A model generated the notes under the pieces. The model ran no database searches. It worked only from the letters and a program-made list of their open reading frames with translations, and had not been told where the DNA came from. Positions 12,145-25,948 of a stretch of 64,000 nt of DNA are shown here, piece after piece (position 1 is the stretch's first letter; every line of letters begins with the position of its first letter). The position numbers were made by a program, and so were the translations under genes. Source of the stretch: Octopus vulgaris (lineage: Eukaryota). The stretch lies in assembly GCA_951406725.2 (NCBI GenBank), contig OX597815.1, forward strand, positions 109,368,001-109,432,000. The letters are read 5' to 3'.

Positions 12145-13238
12145 AGAAAGCGGAATGCTTCCGTTGTGGAACACTATAAAAGAAAGTATTCATGTTGTAC
12201 ATCCTTATATTTTGAAGATGAAAGCTTTAATGCGTAGCTAAGTGCTCTGGCCAAAAATGGATAGAGAAATCGAAAATTTAATGGAAGGCTGTAGAGGATG
12301 CACTCCAGCAGCAAAACTACCCACGGTAAAAAATGTACCTTGGCCAAAAGTAGATGTTCCCTGGTCGAGACTACACATCGATTTCGCTGGTCCTTTAAAC
12401 GGTTCTTACTACTTAGTAGTAGTTGATAGTTTTTTCTAAATGGCAAGAAAAAAAAAAACTTCTTCAACTGTGACAATTTTTTTACTTGTGGTGTTTGCGT
12501 GATTTGGCATTTCAGACGCAATTTGTGTCTTTTGAATTAAAAACGTCATGTAAAACGTTCGCTGTAGAACATGTAATTATGGCGCCATCCCAGATCTAAC
12601 GAACAAGCAGAACGCTTTGTCAATACGTTCAAGAGAGCCCGAAGAAAGTCAAATAAGGAAGTCATGGATGAGGTAGCTCTACAACAATTCTTAAGTGTAT
12701 GCATTGTGACACCAATCTAAATATACCAGCAGGTATGTCACCAGCGGAGCTGATGTTTGCGGAGAAAGTAAAATCAGTCTTCGACAAATTGCTACCTGTC
12801 AAGAAAAGGAAAATTGCAATGGAAAATACAGCAATTTTCTTCAAAATTGCTGAAAAGCTATTCGTGAAAGCTTATAAGAACGGAAAACAGACTTGGGAAG
12901 ATGGCGTGATTACCAAACGCATAGAAAAAGGCTATACTAGGTAAAAAGTAGAAAAGGTGTATACAAGAGGCATAAAAGGTGTATACAAGATTTGTTGAGA
13001 GGGAACTCAAGAGAATGGAAGAACCAACGGAATATTTATATGATACTTTTCAACTACCAACGCTACTTACAGGTGACGTACGGAGTTCCTGAAAGTGGAC
13101 GCCAAAGGAAAAAAATATTAAATTTGTCCTGTATGAAAAAAAACTAAAAAAGGGAGGTGGGGTAATGTAAAAGTTATTACTATTAAAATAAATAAAAATG
13201 TACTCCCTAAGAAAAAAAGAAAATCTTAAAAGGGGAGA
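12145..13238 (+). mobile_element. Ty3/Gypsy LTR retrotransposon integrase fragment (degenerate)
   Basis: IHVVHP..LKMKALMRS*VLWPKMDREIENLMEGCRGC (HHCC), PWSRLHIDFAGPLNGSYYLVVVDSFSKW, HPRSNEQAERFVNTFKRA, SPAELMF; polypurine tract aaaaggggaga at ~13228-13238. Confidence 0.9.
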
Positions 13239-13598
13239 TGCTGTGGGAATAAAAGTGATAATGGTACACCCTTCCCACGTCACGAGCGGTATGGGTTAGT
13301 CACTATAAGGTAACGTCGCTCAGTATAGGGAGAGAGTACGAAGTCGACGGTCATAGATAGCCGTGGTCTTACATGTCTTACTAACACTACTGATATAACA
13401 GTCCCACTCGTCTGCCGCTACGTTCTGAGTTCAAATTCTGCCGAGGTCAACTTTGCCTTTCCTCCTTACGAGGTCGATAAATTAAGTACCAGTTGCGTAC
13501 TGGGGTCGATCTAATCGACTGGCCTCATCCCCCAAACTTTCGGGCCTTGTGCCTAAAGCAGAAAAGATTATAACAATCTCACATTAATGATTACAATA
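13239..13598 (+). mobile_element. Putative LTR (contains a SINE insertion)
   Basis: Starts TGCTGTG right after the PPT and ends TACAATA (decayed TGT...ACA termini); followed by TGGCGACGAAGG, which resembles a Gypsy PBS. Confidence 0.65.
13408..13568 (+). mobile_element. SINE family B, 5'-truncated, with probable target-site duplication
   Basis: cgttctgagttcaaattc...gactttgcctt...gtcgataaattaagtaccag...gggccttgtgcct; flanked by tataacagtcccac / tataacaatctcac. Confidence 0.85.
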
Positions 13599-13639
13599 GT
13601 GGCGACGAAGGATACAAAAAAATATGCTATACATATATA

Positions 13640-14392
13640 TATAAGGTTAAATAATTATTGATTTAATAAAAAAACCCAATTATTTTCGGGTAGATTTCGG
13701 TATGTAAATATAACCATTATCGGTAGTAACTTTTTAAAAAAAAGTTCTATATATATATAATATATAAATAAATCAAAAGGGGCAGGCAACAGGTTGCTTA
13801 GCCACATATCGAAAAATTAGAAATAGCAGTCAAAGACTGTTTATTTCTATTTTCTACAAATAAGACGCCACATACAACATATCCATGTAATTCACATTTG
13901 TAAAACAGAAGGAAAAAATAACGAAAACAAAGTCTATGGGTTAGTTACGGACACGTTTCTGGATTAGAATTATAAGTCAATTCATTTCCTTTCTCAACGT
14001 AACACTCCACTCAGATAGATTTCTCAAATGCTATATATACCCTCCGCTTCCCGAGCCAGCGTCATCGGAATAGCAGAAGATAGCTTAGCATAGGCCAAAT
14101 CCATATAGACGAATGAATTCGTACTTACCCTCCAAAATTTTACCATGTGCGTCACAAAAATAGTTCCTTAGAAATAGAACTATGGATTGTCATAAGGGAG
14201 TGAAAAATTCCATTATTAATAATATAAAGGTAAATAATTATTGATTTACATATGTTTTACTTATGTGAATTACATGGATATGTTGTATGTGGAGTCTTAA
14301 TTGTAGAAAATAGAAATAAACAGTCTTTGACTGCTATTTCTAATTTTTCGGTATGTGGCTAAGCAACCTGTTGCCTGCCCCTTTTGATTTAT
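13640..14392. repeat. Inverted/direct repeat element flanked by (TA)n
   Basis: 13768-13897 is the reverse complement of 14262-14392; taaataattattgattta is repeated directly at ~13648 and ~14231. Confidence 0.85.
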
Positions 14393-14399
14393 ATATATA

Positions 14400-14437
<38 letters not shown>

Positions 14438-14450
14438 TATATACATATAT

Positions 14451-14528
<78 letters not shown>

Positions 14529-14532
14529 TACC

Positions 14533-14802
14533 TAGTAGTTGCGGTGTTGCATTCGCGATCGAGTGATTTGAGTTTCATTTCCTGGACCAGGTCTTGCGTT
14601 GTGTTCTTGAACAGAACACTTCATCTCGCGTTGCTCTGCGACCACTTCGACAGTTGACCAGTGGTACACCGTACACTTGTTCAGCCAACGTCAATTTGAG
14701 GGAGAGAGTAAGCTAATGTACAGCAGATTCGTTACAAAAAGCCAACCATTTTTGCAGGTTGTTCAACAAGAAATTGTGAAACGTCTTCCTCGGCTTACAA
14801 GT
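14533..14802 (+). mobile_element. SINE family C-related (tRNA head, CORE-like segment, distinct tail), old copy
   Basis: gttgtgttcttgaacagaacacttcatctcgcgttgctctgcgaccacttcgac is homologous to the inverted copy at 39853-40140. Confidence 0.7.
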
Positions 14803-15026
14803 GACTACCATCACACACGCGCGCGCACGCAGACACAAACACGCACACACATATATAAATAGATAGAGAGATATAGAATAGATATATATACATACATACA
14901 CACTTACATAATGCATATATATATATATATATACACATATATACATATGATGATAGTCATCGTATATACAAGTATATATTCGTCAAATGTAAATAATGTA
15001 TATATTTATATGATATGTATATATGC

Positions 15027-15181
15027 ACGTTCTGAGTTCAAATTCCGTCGAGGTCGACTTTGCCTTTCATCCTTTCGGAGTTGATGAATTAAGTACCAGT
15101 TGCGTAATGGAGGATCGATCAAATCGACTGGTCCACCCCTACAAAAAAAAATTCGGGCCTTGTGCCTAGAGTAGAAAAGAA
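15027..15181 (+). mobile_element. SINE family B fragment
   Basis: cgttctgagttcaaattccgtcgaggtcgactttgcctttcatcctttcgg...gggccttgtgcctagagtagaaaaga. Confidence 0.85.
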
Positions 15182-15191
15182 TATGTATGTA

Positions 15192-15258
<67 letters not shown>

Positions 15259-15343
15259 GTGTATGCATACACAACATCACACACGGAGAAAATATATGTA
15301 TCCCTTTCTGTGTGTACGTGTGCGTGCGTGCGTGTATGCGCGC

Positions 15344-15400
<57 letters not shown>

Positions 15401-16178
15401 TGTGAAAGTATGTACATATATGTGTCAGTGCAATTGCCGATGTAGATAATGCGTACCTGCTTATGTGCGGAGGACGTATCCAGCGGTTGGAATAGACAGA
15501 TGCGTACATACATAAATACTTACACCTATATGTACATACTTACATATATTCATACTGAGACATATTACGATGCTGCATCTTTACGTACGATGACGTCAGG
15601 GAAGTTAATATCTAGGCGAATTCACTTGTCATGGGGATTATTGCATCACTGCAAATGTCACATAATTCGCTTAAATTACCTGACACATTAAACTGGAGAA
15701 TATATAATCCCATGTTCTTACCTGGCTTACCTCAGCGTAGTATTTGGTTACGTCCCTCTCAATCTGGGTTTAATTTTCACTCGCGGATACTTTCCCTTTT
15801 GTCGTTTCTAAATCGATAGATACGAAATTATCTGCATGTACCAATGTCCGATATAATCAACGTTAGATAATCAAGTTCGCTATTGAAGGAGGTATGCTAC
15901 ATATGAATTAAACTCAAAGCAACGACGAAGTGAGCTATCAGCCACTAGTATATTCTCTTTCTCCATTTGTACACTCAAATGTATGCACACACTGCATGAT
16001 ATGCAACAGTAAAATCACTCCCATCAGGACTTGAACACACAATGAGATATAAGAACTGTCAGAAAATTGCTCTGTCCATTTCGTGCTTCTCTCATCTCAC
16101 TAACATCTCGCAATAATGAGGAAAATATATAAATGTATGTATGTATGTATTGATAGGTATGTATGTATACCAACACAG

Positions 16179-16246
<68 letters not shown>

Positions 16247-16313
16247 GTACTATACATTTATATATATTTATCCATGTCTAATATATAATATACGTACTTA
16301 TATATGCATATAT

Positions 16314-16456
16314 ATTTCTTTACTACCCACAAGGGGCTAAACACAGAGGGGACAAACAAGGACAGACAAAGGGATTAAGTCGATTACATTGACCCCAGTG
16401 CGAAACTGGTACCTTATTTATCGACCCCGAAAGGATGAAAGGTAAAGTCGACCTTG
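16314..16456 (-). mobile_element. SINE family B fragment (alternative tail)
   Basis: Minus strand ggtcgactttacctttcatcctttcggggtcgataaataaggtaccag...agccccttgtgggtagtaaagaaat. Confidence 0.8.
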
Positions 16457-17111
16457 GATTATATATGCATATATACGTACTTATATATACATATACATCA
16501 TACTTTGTATAAGGATAATATATAATGTTAAATACAAACATGCATATGTATATGTGTAAGTGCGTATTTATGTATATTGTAATGCTCATTAGCAAGTGGT
16601 AACATAGACAGACCTCAAAGACAATTCAATAAAATATGTAAAGTGAATCCGTGATTATTAATGCAATGTAATTTGGTTAGTCAATCGTCCATTACTGAAC
16701 AGTTTCTACAGTAAATATTTCAAATCCAAAACGTAGATCCATTTATGCCACTATAGCAACAGAAATAAAATCAATGTTTTCCATTTGAAACTAGTGTACT
16801 TTGCGAAACTAGTGATTCACTCCGACACTGCATGATGTCACCTCAAAACCGCTCACAACGAGAAAGGCAACGGATGATGGCCTTATGTCTCAGATACGAG
16901 CTAATACTCGTTCCTGAATTTGTACATCCACACACACACACAATTATATATATATACATGCATCAACACGGCACATGCTTACATCTATGTACAAATGTAT
17001 GCATGTATGCATGTATGTATGTTATGTATGTATGTAATCGGGGCAGGCTGATTGAACCACATATGTTTTGAATTATATATGTACACCTAATATTTAGTCT
17101 TTTATATTGCT

Positions 17112-17312
17112 TTAAATTTTGGCACAAGACCAGCAACTTTAAGGTGAGAGAAGCAAGTCGACTATATCGTCGCTAATATTTGACTTTATACATTTGGCCC
17201 GAAAGAATGAAATGCACAGCTGACCTCGGTGGTATTTGAACTTGCATTATAGAGAACAAGAAAAAAAATTCTGCAAAGTATTTTATCCGAAAAGTATTTC
17301 TGTCAAGCTCAC
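17112..17312 (-). mobile_element. SINE family B, old degenerate copy
   Basis: ggcacaagaccagcaacttt...gaaagaatgaaatgcacagctgacctcggtggtatttgaactt is a decayed reverse complement of the family B body. Confidence 0.6.
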
Positions 17313-17818
17313 CGTCTACTTCGTTTTTGTTGTAGTTGTTTGTTTGTTTTCTACAGAGCAAAATATATTCTAAAGTTGGAAAGAATATGTCCCACACTTA
17401 TAAATCCTAGAAATTCAACATGTTCAAATTGCTTGACATATTTATTGATTTATGTATGTGTACTTGTGCGCATGAGTATGTGTTAGTGTTCCTGTATGTT
17501 TTTACTCTAGACCTTCCAATGTGAGCAGACGTCTTAATTTTTGTATCGTACTTATTTTTCTTTCTCTTGTCTCTCTTAATGCTTTTCCTCCTCTTTAATA
17601 AATTGTACCTCCCGAAACTTTAGAATATTTACTTTTACTTTCATTTGAGTATATTTTTTTCAGTGAATATTATAATTATAATTTATGTTATTTCACTTTA
17701 TTATTTTGGCTTCTTATTTCTATACTTCTTCAGCATCGTATCTGAATCCGTGTATTATTTTCTTTGACTCTCCTTTTCCTCGTAATCTTAGTCGTAGTGT
17801 TTATGTAATTTTTATCTG

Positions 17819-17870
<52 letters not shown>

Positions 17871-17907
17871 CACATTATATATATATATAGATAGATACAT
17901 TTTTGTG

Positions 17908-17958
<51 letters not shown>

Positions 17959-18746
17959 GTATAAGCGCGTGAGTCAGTGTATGTGTATGTGTGTAAAATG
18001 GTCCTTCGCATAGTATTTTGTCTTATAGATTCCATTCACACTGCATTGCCCTACTCAAAACTACTCCAGAACCTACATGCACCGGGTACCGTAGTTTGAG
18101 ATCGAACCTGCAGCAGAATAGTTCCCAGCTGAGCTTCTTTAAGCCTAACATTTATCCGAGATCCTTGACCTATTCATAAACCAGGCCAATAAGAATGTTT
18201 TTCTTTGTTTTGTTACGTTTTTTTTATTTTTTACACTGAATTAGCAAGATGAATGTCCAGGAAACGAGTCTGATGTTAGTGAAGATCCAACATAGCCACG
18301 ACTAGCTACAATGAATGTAAAAGAAAATGAGATATAAAAGAGAAAGCTAAAGCAAAGTGATGGCAGTGGTGGGTGGGTAGCTGTAAGGAATAAAAGTGAC
18401 AGTGAGTGATCATGGGTATGAGGAGTGTAGGAATGTACGATGAGAAGTATTTCAGGGGAGGTAATTATAGGTTGTCGCCAATGTTCAAAAGTATTTCATG
18501 CGTAAGAGATTTCATGCAATTTTCCTCGTTATAAAATGAGTCATTCAAACATTTGTCAACTGCCATTTTATTCTGACGATGACTGACATAGCACACATGA
18601 GAAAACATGGTCTAGATGCAGCCGGTGGAATGGATCACAGACAAAGTCATATAATTCGATTTGTGTACGTGTGTGTGTGTGCGTAAGAGTAGAAAATTTC
18701 ACACACACATGCGCGAGCACAAAAACTACTATGCATATGTGTGTGC

Positions 18747-18792
<46 letters not shown>

Positions 18793-18850
18793 ATATATAT
18801 ATATATATATATACATACACACACACGCACACACACATATATGTATATAA

Positions 18851-18892
<42 letters not shown>

Positions 18893-18974
18893 TATATATA
18901 GAGGGAGACGCAGATATTGATATAGATATCTATGTCTATATAACAATCTATCAACCTATATATATGCAAATCTA

Positions 18975-19074
<100 letters not shown>

Positions 19075-19321
19075 TAGATAGCTATATATATATATGCACG
19101 TGTGTGCGTGTGTGTGTGTTTGTGGAGATGCGTGCGTGTGCAGATATTTTATAAAGACGGACTGCAATTTTGAAATTTCAGGATAAAAAACGCTTGGGCT
19201 TTTTCGATAAAACATTGAACCACGGCTTGGAGTGTATATAAGTTACACACACACATACACACACACACTTGTATATATATTTATGTCTGCATGTTTATGT
19301 ATATATATATATGAGTATATG

Positions 19322-19444
<123 letters not shown>

Positions 19445-19667
19445 TTATGTACAGATGGATGGATGTGTATATATATGTATACATATGTGCATGCGTAGCA
19501 TTTTCTAGATGTCACTAATTTTTACTTTAAAATAGGTGTCCATCAAATAAAATATGTATACAATTATGTTTAAAAAGTTCGCCTTTCTAATAAATAGAGA
19601 ACCTGGCAGATGACATTTTTCCTAACAAATTACTGAATGTTGTATGTGTGTTGTTCTTGATTTGTTA

Positions 19668-20298
<631 letters not shown>

Positions 20299-20344
20299 AC
20301 ACCTATCGACGTTTCTTTCGTCCTTATCGCATACCTTGTTGTCA

Positions 20345-21283
20345 GCTGAGCATGCTATATCTATGATCCAGCGTAGATTTTCTTAATATAGACTAAGTCT
20401 GACTTCCTATTTTCTATCTCATGGTCGCACTGAATCATAAAATCCCACGGGGTGTTTGCATTATCATTTTCGATGATGCTTTCTGGTTTATGGTCGTACC
20501 AATTTTTTTTCTCTATCAAGACCATATTTGTTGCAAAGCGTCCAATGGACAAACCTGGTTATATTGTCGTGGCGTCTCTTATATTCCTACATTGGCTGGT
20601 AATATGCCATACGGTTTCACCATTTTGTCCACAGATTCTGCACTTATCTTCTGATGTTTTGTCTAATCTGTATTTTATTTAGTTTGTTCTTAGTGCTTGC
20701 TCTTGGGCAGCACAAATTAGAGCCTCCGTTTCCGGTTTTAAATCACTTTTAGTCATCCACAGCCATCTTTTTTCTCTGTCTGTCTTATCTTTAACATTCG
20801 TATGAAATTATCCATGCATTCTTTTCTTTCCTCACCTATTTTCAATTTCATTCGTTTTCAATTTCTTGTACAATGCTTTATCTTTGCAATCTTTCATCCT
20901 ACACAAGCCTGACCTTCTTACTTCTAATAATAGCGGTTCTGTGGAATTTTTTACATATTAACCTATGTTGTTTTCTTCTGCTCTAATGCTGTGTTCGCAT
21001 CCAATAAGTCCTCTTCCCCCTCTTTTTCTTGGTACTTATAGTCTGTCTGTATCACATTTTGGGTGGAGTGACCCATATCTAGTTAGCAACTTCCTTGTCT
21101 TTCTGTCTAAGCTATTTAATTCGTATACTGTCCATGCGATTACCTCTGCTCCATATCTAAGCAGTGAAACCGCCCAGGTGTTGATAGCCTCAATCTTATT
21201 CCGTCCGTTTAATTACGAGTTAAGGATCAGTCTCAGCCTGCGCAAGTACTCTACCTTAAATTTTTCTGTAATTTCTTTCTCCA
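20345..21283 (-). mobile_element. R4/Dong-clade non-LTR retrotransposon fragment (RT C-terminus, CCHC, RLE)
   Basis: NGRNKIEAINTWAVSLLRYGA..., LHPKCDTDRL.VPRKRGGRGL, WMTKSDLKPETEALICAAQEQALRT, CRICGQNGETVWHITSQC, WYDHKPESIIEN...WDFMIQCDHEIENRKSDLV. Confidence 0.9.
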
Positions 21284-21519
21284 TCAATCTATCTATTTAT
21301 CTATCTATTTGGTGAATGTCATGCACAAATAGCTGCGCAACTCAACACCTTGTTAAATGCCGACCAAGTAACATCAGAGTGGTTGGCATAGAGCAAGACA
21401 GTGCTGTGCGTGAAAAACATCGAAAAAAGCAATCCGGTAGAAAATTACACGGTTGGGCGTGACAGCGGCTGAACGTGTTCTTCGCTATTCTGACCTGTCA
21501 GCAGCTGAAGACACAGAAA

Positions 21520-21530
21520 TATTATTATTA

Positions 21531-21617
<87 letters not shown>

Positions 21618-21654
21618 TTATCATCATCATCATCATCATTATTATTATTATTAT
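21520..21654. repeat. Compound (ATT)n/(ACT)n/(ATC)n microsatellite
   Basis: Visible directly in the sequence. Confidence 0.95.
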
Positions 21655-21699
21655 TTCGGTTTTGTTTCCCTTTCTTGCCCAGCATCTTCCCGATACCAC

Positions 21700-21972
21700 T
21701 GATTTCACCTTTTTTTGCAAGGACAGTAGCTCATCCCGTTCAAAAGGTCCCTGAATGAGGGTTGTTCAAGGATGTTGAACGAAACCCCTATTTTTCCAGA
21801 GGTGAATTATTCATACCCCAAAGGATTCCTCTCGACAGAGCTGCAGTTAAGTTCTGATCTTTGTGGATCTTAAAATGTCTTTTGAGGCCTCCGTTAGATT
21901 TGCAGACCTTCTGGCATACATTGCATTGAAAGATGTGCACAGCCATATAGGCAGAATAGTTGGTGGAAGCCC

Positions 21973-21973
<1 letters not shown>
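21700..21973 (-). mobile_element. RTE-like LINE 3' end with C2H2 zinc finger
   Basis: FQCNVCQKVCKSNGGLKRHFKIH resembles the fingers at the end of ORF 52609-53481. Confidence 0.7.
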
Positions 21974-22037
<64 letters not shown>

Positions 22038-22082
22038 TCAATAAATGGTGGGGTTGTGTTGACCGCACGTGGAGAAATGATA

Positions 22083-22232
22083 AGCAAGGAAAAATTGTAA
22101 AAATGCAGAATGCTAGATTGAAAGAAAATTTTAATGAAATGAGAAATTGAAAAAATATATATTTTTTCAATTTCTCATTTCATTAAAATTTTCTTTCAAT
22201 CTAGCATTCTGCATTTTTACAATTTTTCCTTG

Positions 22233-22234
<2 letters not shown>
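22083..22234. repeat. Perfect 152-bp palindrome
   Basis: agcaagg...gagaaattgaaaaaatat|atattttttcaatttctc...ccttgct; checked base by base with no mismatch and no spacer. Confidence 0.95.
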
Positions 22235-22268
<34 letters not shown>

Positions 22269-22510
22269 CCTTCGAAACAGGGGCAGCTGAAGAAGGGGAA
22301 TATTCCTAGTGTTGTTTGTCTTGTACTCTATTTTATAGTTGTTTGAAGAGATCCGTTTCCCTGTTTTTGTTTTTATGTTTTCGTTTCTCATTGTGTTCTA
22401 CGTTTTTTTTTTTGTGTGTCCTGTACCCATATATGCATGTATATATACATATAGATGTAGGTACGTACATATATGTATGTATATATTCATATGTTTTATT
22501 TATTAATTTG

Positions 22511-22547
<37 letters not shown>

Positions 22548-22551
<4 letters not shown>

Positions 22552-22766
22552 ACAATACAAGCATGAAGATATTTTTTGGGAACGCAGTAATGCCTTTAGA
22601 ACAGCGGAAATAGTGGGATATAGTGGGTAAATAGCGGAAAAATTTTCAACAAACAGCCATGGGACTCGAACCCACATCCTTCAAAGGGTAATTTACCCAC
22701 TTTTTCTGCTGTTCTAACGGCAGTACTGCGTTCGAAAAACTGTCATCTTCTTGTTTGTATCTTACA
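22548..22766. repeat. Fold-back element with a tRNA T-arm-like loop
   Basis: gaacgcagtaatgcctttagaacagcggaaa..gtgggtaaat pairs with atttacccac..ctgctgttctaacggcagtactgcgttc; the loop contains atgggactcgaacccac. Confidence 0.75.
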
Positions 22767-23130
22767 ATACACATTTCGACACTCATAATAAAAACAAATA
22801 TTTGTTTGTGTACATACATATATACTTATAAAATGTGTGTGCGCACGTGTGTGTATATATATATACATACATATGCATGTCTGTAAGCATGCGCATAAGT
22901 GACTGCAGTTGTGTTTATGTGTGTGTGTGTGTGCAGCCCATGAATAAGTCCACTATTAAGAAATACAAGCATGTACTATGAAGAAAATGTCATGTTATAT
23001 CAATGTTATATGTGTATATGCGTTTGCTTGATTCTGTCTATTTTAGGGACATAAGTGCATAGATTAAAAAAAAGCGATAGAGCTTGGAGTGTGTGCCTTT
23101 TTAGAAGGACTGAAAGCAGATAAACAAACA

Positions 23131-23392
23131 CAGTAATCTCTTGATTATCGTGGGTGTTACGTTCCAACCCTCCCCACCCCACCCCACTCGAAAGGTAAAA
23201 ATCCGCGAAATAGAAACAGTACTGTCCTGTATATTTTTATTATTATTTTTATTATTTGTATATATTTATTTCATCATAAATGCAAAGCAACACCACGGAG
23301 GAATCGATGCAAGCTTAAATAATAAACCGCGATAGGTGAACCGCGATAGGTGAACCGCGATAGGTGAACCGCGATATGGCGAGGGATTACTG
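23131..23392 (+). mobile_element. Tigger/pogo-like MITE
   Basis: TIRs cagtaatctcttg / cgagggattactg|ta; subterminal 14-bp tandem aaccgcgataggtg (about 3.5 copies); related to 40325-40700. Confidence 0.8.
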
Positions 23393-24578
23393 TATATGGG
23401 TATTTTGTTGGTGGTTGTATCCAGCTGGAGAGAGGGAGAGAGAGAGAGAATGGGCAAGGAAATATGAGTGCATGAGTGAGTGAGTGAGCGACCGAGCGGG
23501 AATTACATATCATAGACTGGAGTTTTTGAGGTGCGGTGTGGATGAAAGTGACATTTCACAGATTTCTTTTTCTGCTTTTTCAGCTGTATGGGAATATGAA
23601 ACCGTTTGCTAGACATATTAATGAAAAAGGAGTGTTTTCAAAGCCAGATTAGAGTAACGTAACGCATGTTTCGTACAAACGACAATATAGAAAAAGAGAT
23701 CTGCCCCAGGGTGCAGGTGCTTGGGTAAACAACATTTGCTTTAAGCATTTTCAAGTTCGTCTAATCACTAGAATCAATTCTATTTTTCTTCTTATGTACT
23801 TAAATTACTTTCGCATTGTTTTAATGCTCTGCAATAAGCTGTATCTAAGCAGACATACAAAATAGATTTTTTTTAAATAAAAATCTTCTTTTAAAGCCGT
23901 ATTAGAAATGAATAATGAATAAGAGAACGCTAGAGTAGGGGAACAAGTAAATATGGATACACGCTCTAAAAAAAGATTTGGGTTTACGTCATAGCATTAC
24001 CAACCAATGGAAAATGGTTACTGTTGCTACTTTTGTTATTTAATAGTTGTTCAGACATCTCAACTACTAAGTTAACTCTGATAATTCAGATTTCTGATAC
24101 ATAGGTTCAAACTCTGTTCTGTTTATTGTTCCAATGCTTTGTTGTTTCTGCGTCAAATGTACATTGTTCTACGGGAGTGGCAGACCGGATCAACTCATCT
24201 CGTATTTCTGGAGCATCATGGTTGCCAAAGATCCGATATAAGCTGCATATTTTTAAGAAATCACAGTGAGATTTAGAGAAATTTGGTTGCCAGTAATAGC
24301 AAGTCAGTCGAACTCGTACGAGTTTCGTGGTTGGTAACGTCATAGAAACATTCCATTCCAAATTTACAAGAAAACTCATAATAACATCATTATTGGCTAG
24401 GCAAAAAGGTGTACCTTGCATTTCAAACGTAGAAGAAAAATATCCATTGAAATGAAATGATGTTCATTGAAAACAATGAATTTCTAAGAAACGGTCACCA
24501 GCCGACAAGGTGACACCGCGTTCTAGTAGATGTTGTTATATCCATTCAAAATGTTTATGCATCATTTCTTTTATCATT

Positions 24579-24975
24579 CCTTTTACTTGTTTCAGTAATT
24601 TAGACTGCGGTCATTCTGGAGCACCGTCTTGAAAATATCTTAGTCGAACGTATCGACCCCATTAATTACTTTTGTTTCTGAAGTCTAGTATTTATTCTAT
24701 CGGCCCTTTTGCCGAACCGCTAGTTTACGGGGATGTATACATAACAACACCGGTTGTCAAAGCACTAGTGGAGCACATACACACACACACACACACACAT
24801 ACACATATACATACATAAATGCATATACAACGAGCTTCTTTCAGTTCCTGTCACAAGGCTTTGGTTTTTCTGACGCTATAATAGACGACACTTGCCCAAG
24901 GTGCCACGCAGTAGTACTGAACCCAGAACCATATGGTTATGAATGAAGCCTCTTACCATATGGCCACACCTACTC
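24579..24975 (-). mobile_element. SINE family A
   Basis: Full-length homology to 7381-7746 and 62592-62992. Confidence 0.88.
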
Positions 24976-25681
24976 TATTTATATACATACACACACATGC
25001 ATACATACATACATACATACATACATACATACATACATACATACATACATACATACATACATACGTACGTACGTACGTAAGTGCATACATACATATACAC
25101 ACACGCACGCTCACACACACACTTATTCCTTTACACAGACACACACACGCTCGCATTGGTGTGTGTTGGGTTTAAAAGCAATATAGATCGCAGGCAGACG
25201 AAAATCGTCCTATATCTGTGGCGACAGACTTCTTAGCTTGAGCTTGGTTGTGATTACATATTACTGACAAAGCTCAGTCCTGTAGAAATGTCTCTAAGAT
25301 TCCCATCAGATGCTGCCAGGAAGACTTTCATCTACCTCCCTTGCAGTTCGTATTGAACTGAATCAAATTTATGCTACCACTGAGCCGATTTGAAACGCTA
25401 TACGTATGAAGAAAGTAAGTTAATGATGATGAGGGGAGTTTCACCCACTTCTTTGATGCGTGGAATTGTCGAAACGGGTGTCGAGATATATGTGACTATT
25501 TGAAATCCAAGTGATAGTATAGATTTGATTTAATTCAATACGGATTTTTGCTAGAGTTTATCGAAAACTCAGTGTAATATTCTATACTGTGATTGTACCA
25601 CTACTTAAATACGCTTTCAAATACTGTGTGCAACGACTTTTGTTTGATGATATTGTTCTACAACTTCTCTCATTCTTCCTC

Positions 25682-25734
<53 letters not shown>

Positions 25735-25875
25735 CGTACTTATGTATGTTAGCAATCGTGTGTTTACATACACATTTACTCTCTCTCCCCCTCACTTTCT
25801 CTCTCTCTTTCACTCTTTCTCTCTCTCTCTCTCTCACTCACACGCACACACATAAATACATATATGTATACATAC

Positions 25876-25944
<69 letters not shown>

Positions 25945-25948
<4 letters not shown>

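Noticed and set aside
18038-18180. Possible host exon after ttttgtcttatag
   Set aside because: The translations match nothing I recognise and there are no partner exons.
22268-22310. cgaaac...ctgaagaagggg as a hammerhead
   Set aside because: Core elements are present but the stems cannot be closed in any topology; probably a truncated repeat.
23325-23376. 14-bp repeats resembling a CRISPR array or iterons
   Set aside because: No spacers; they are subterminal tandem repeats of a MITE in eukaryotic DNA.
24107-24421. 104-aa non-repetitive ORF
   Set aside because: No recognisable domain or splice context.
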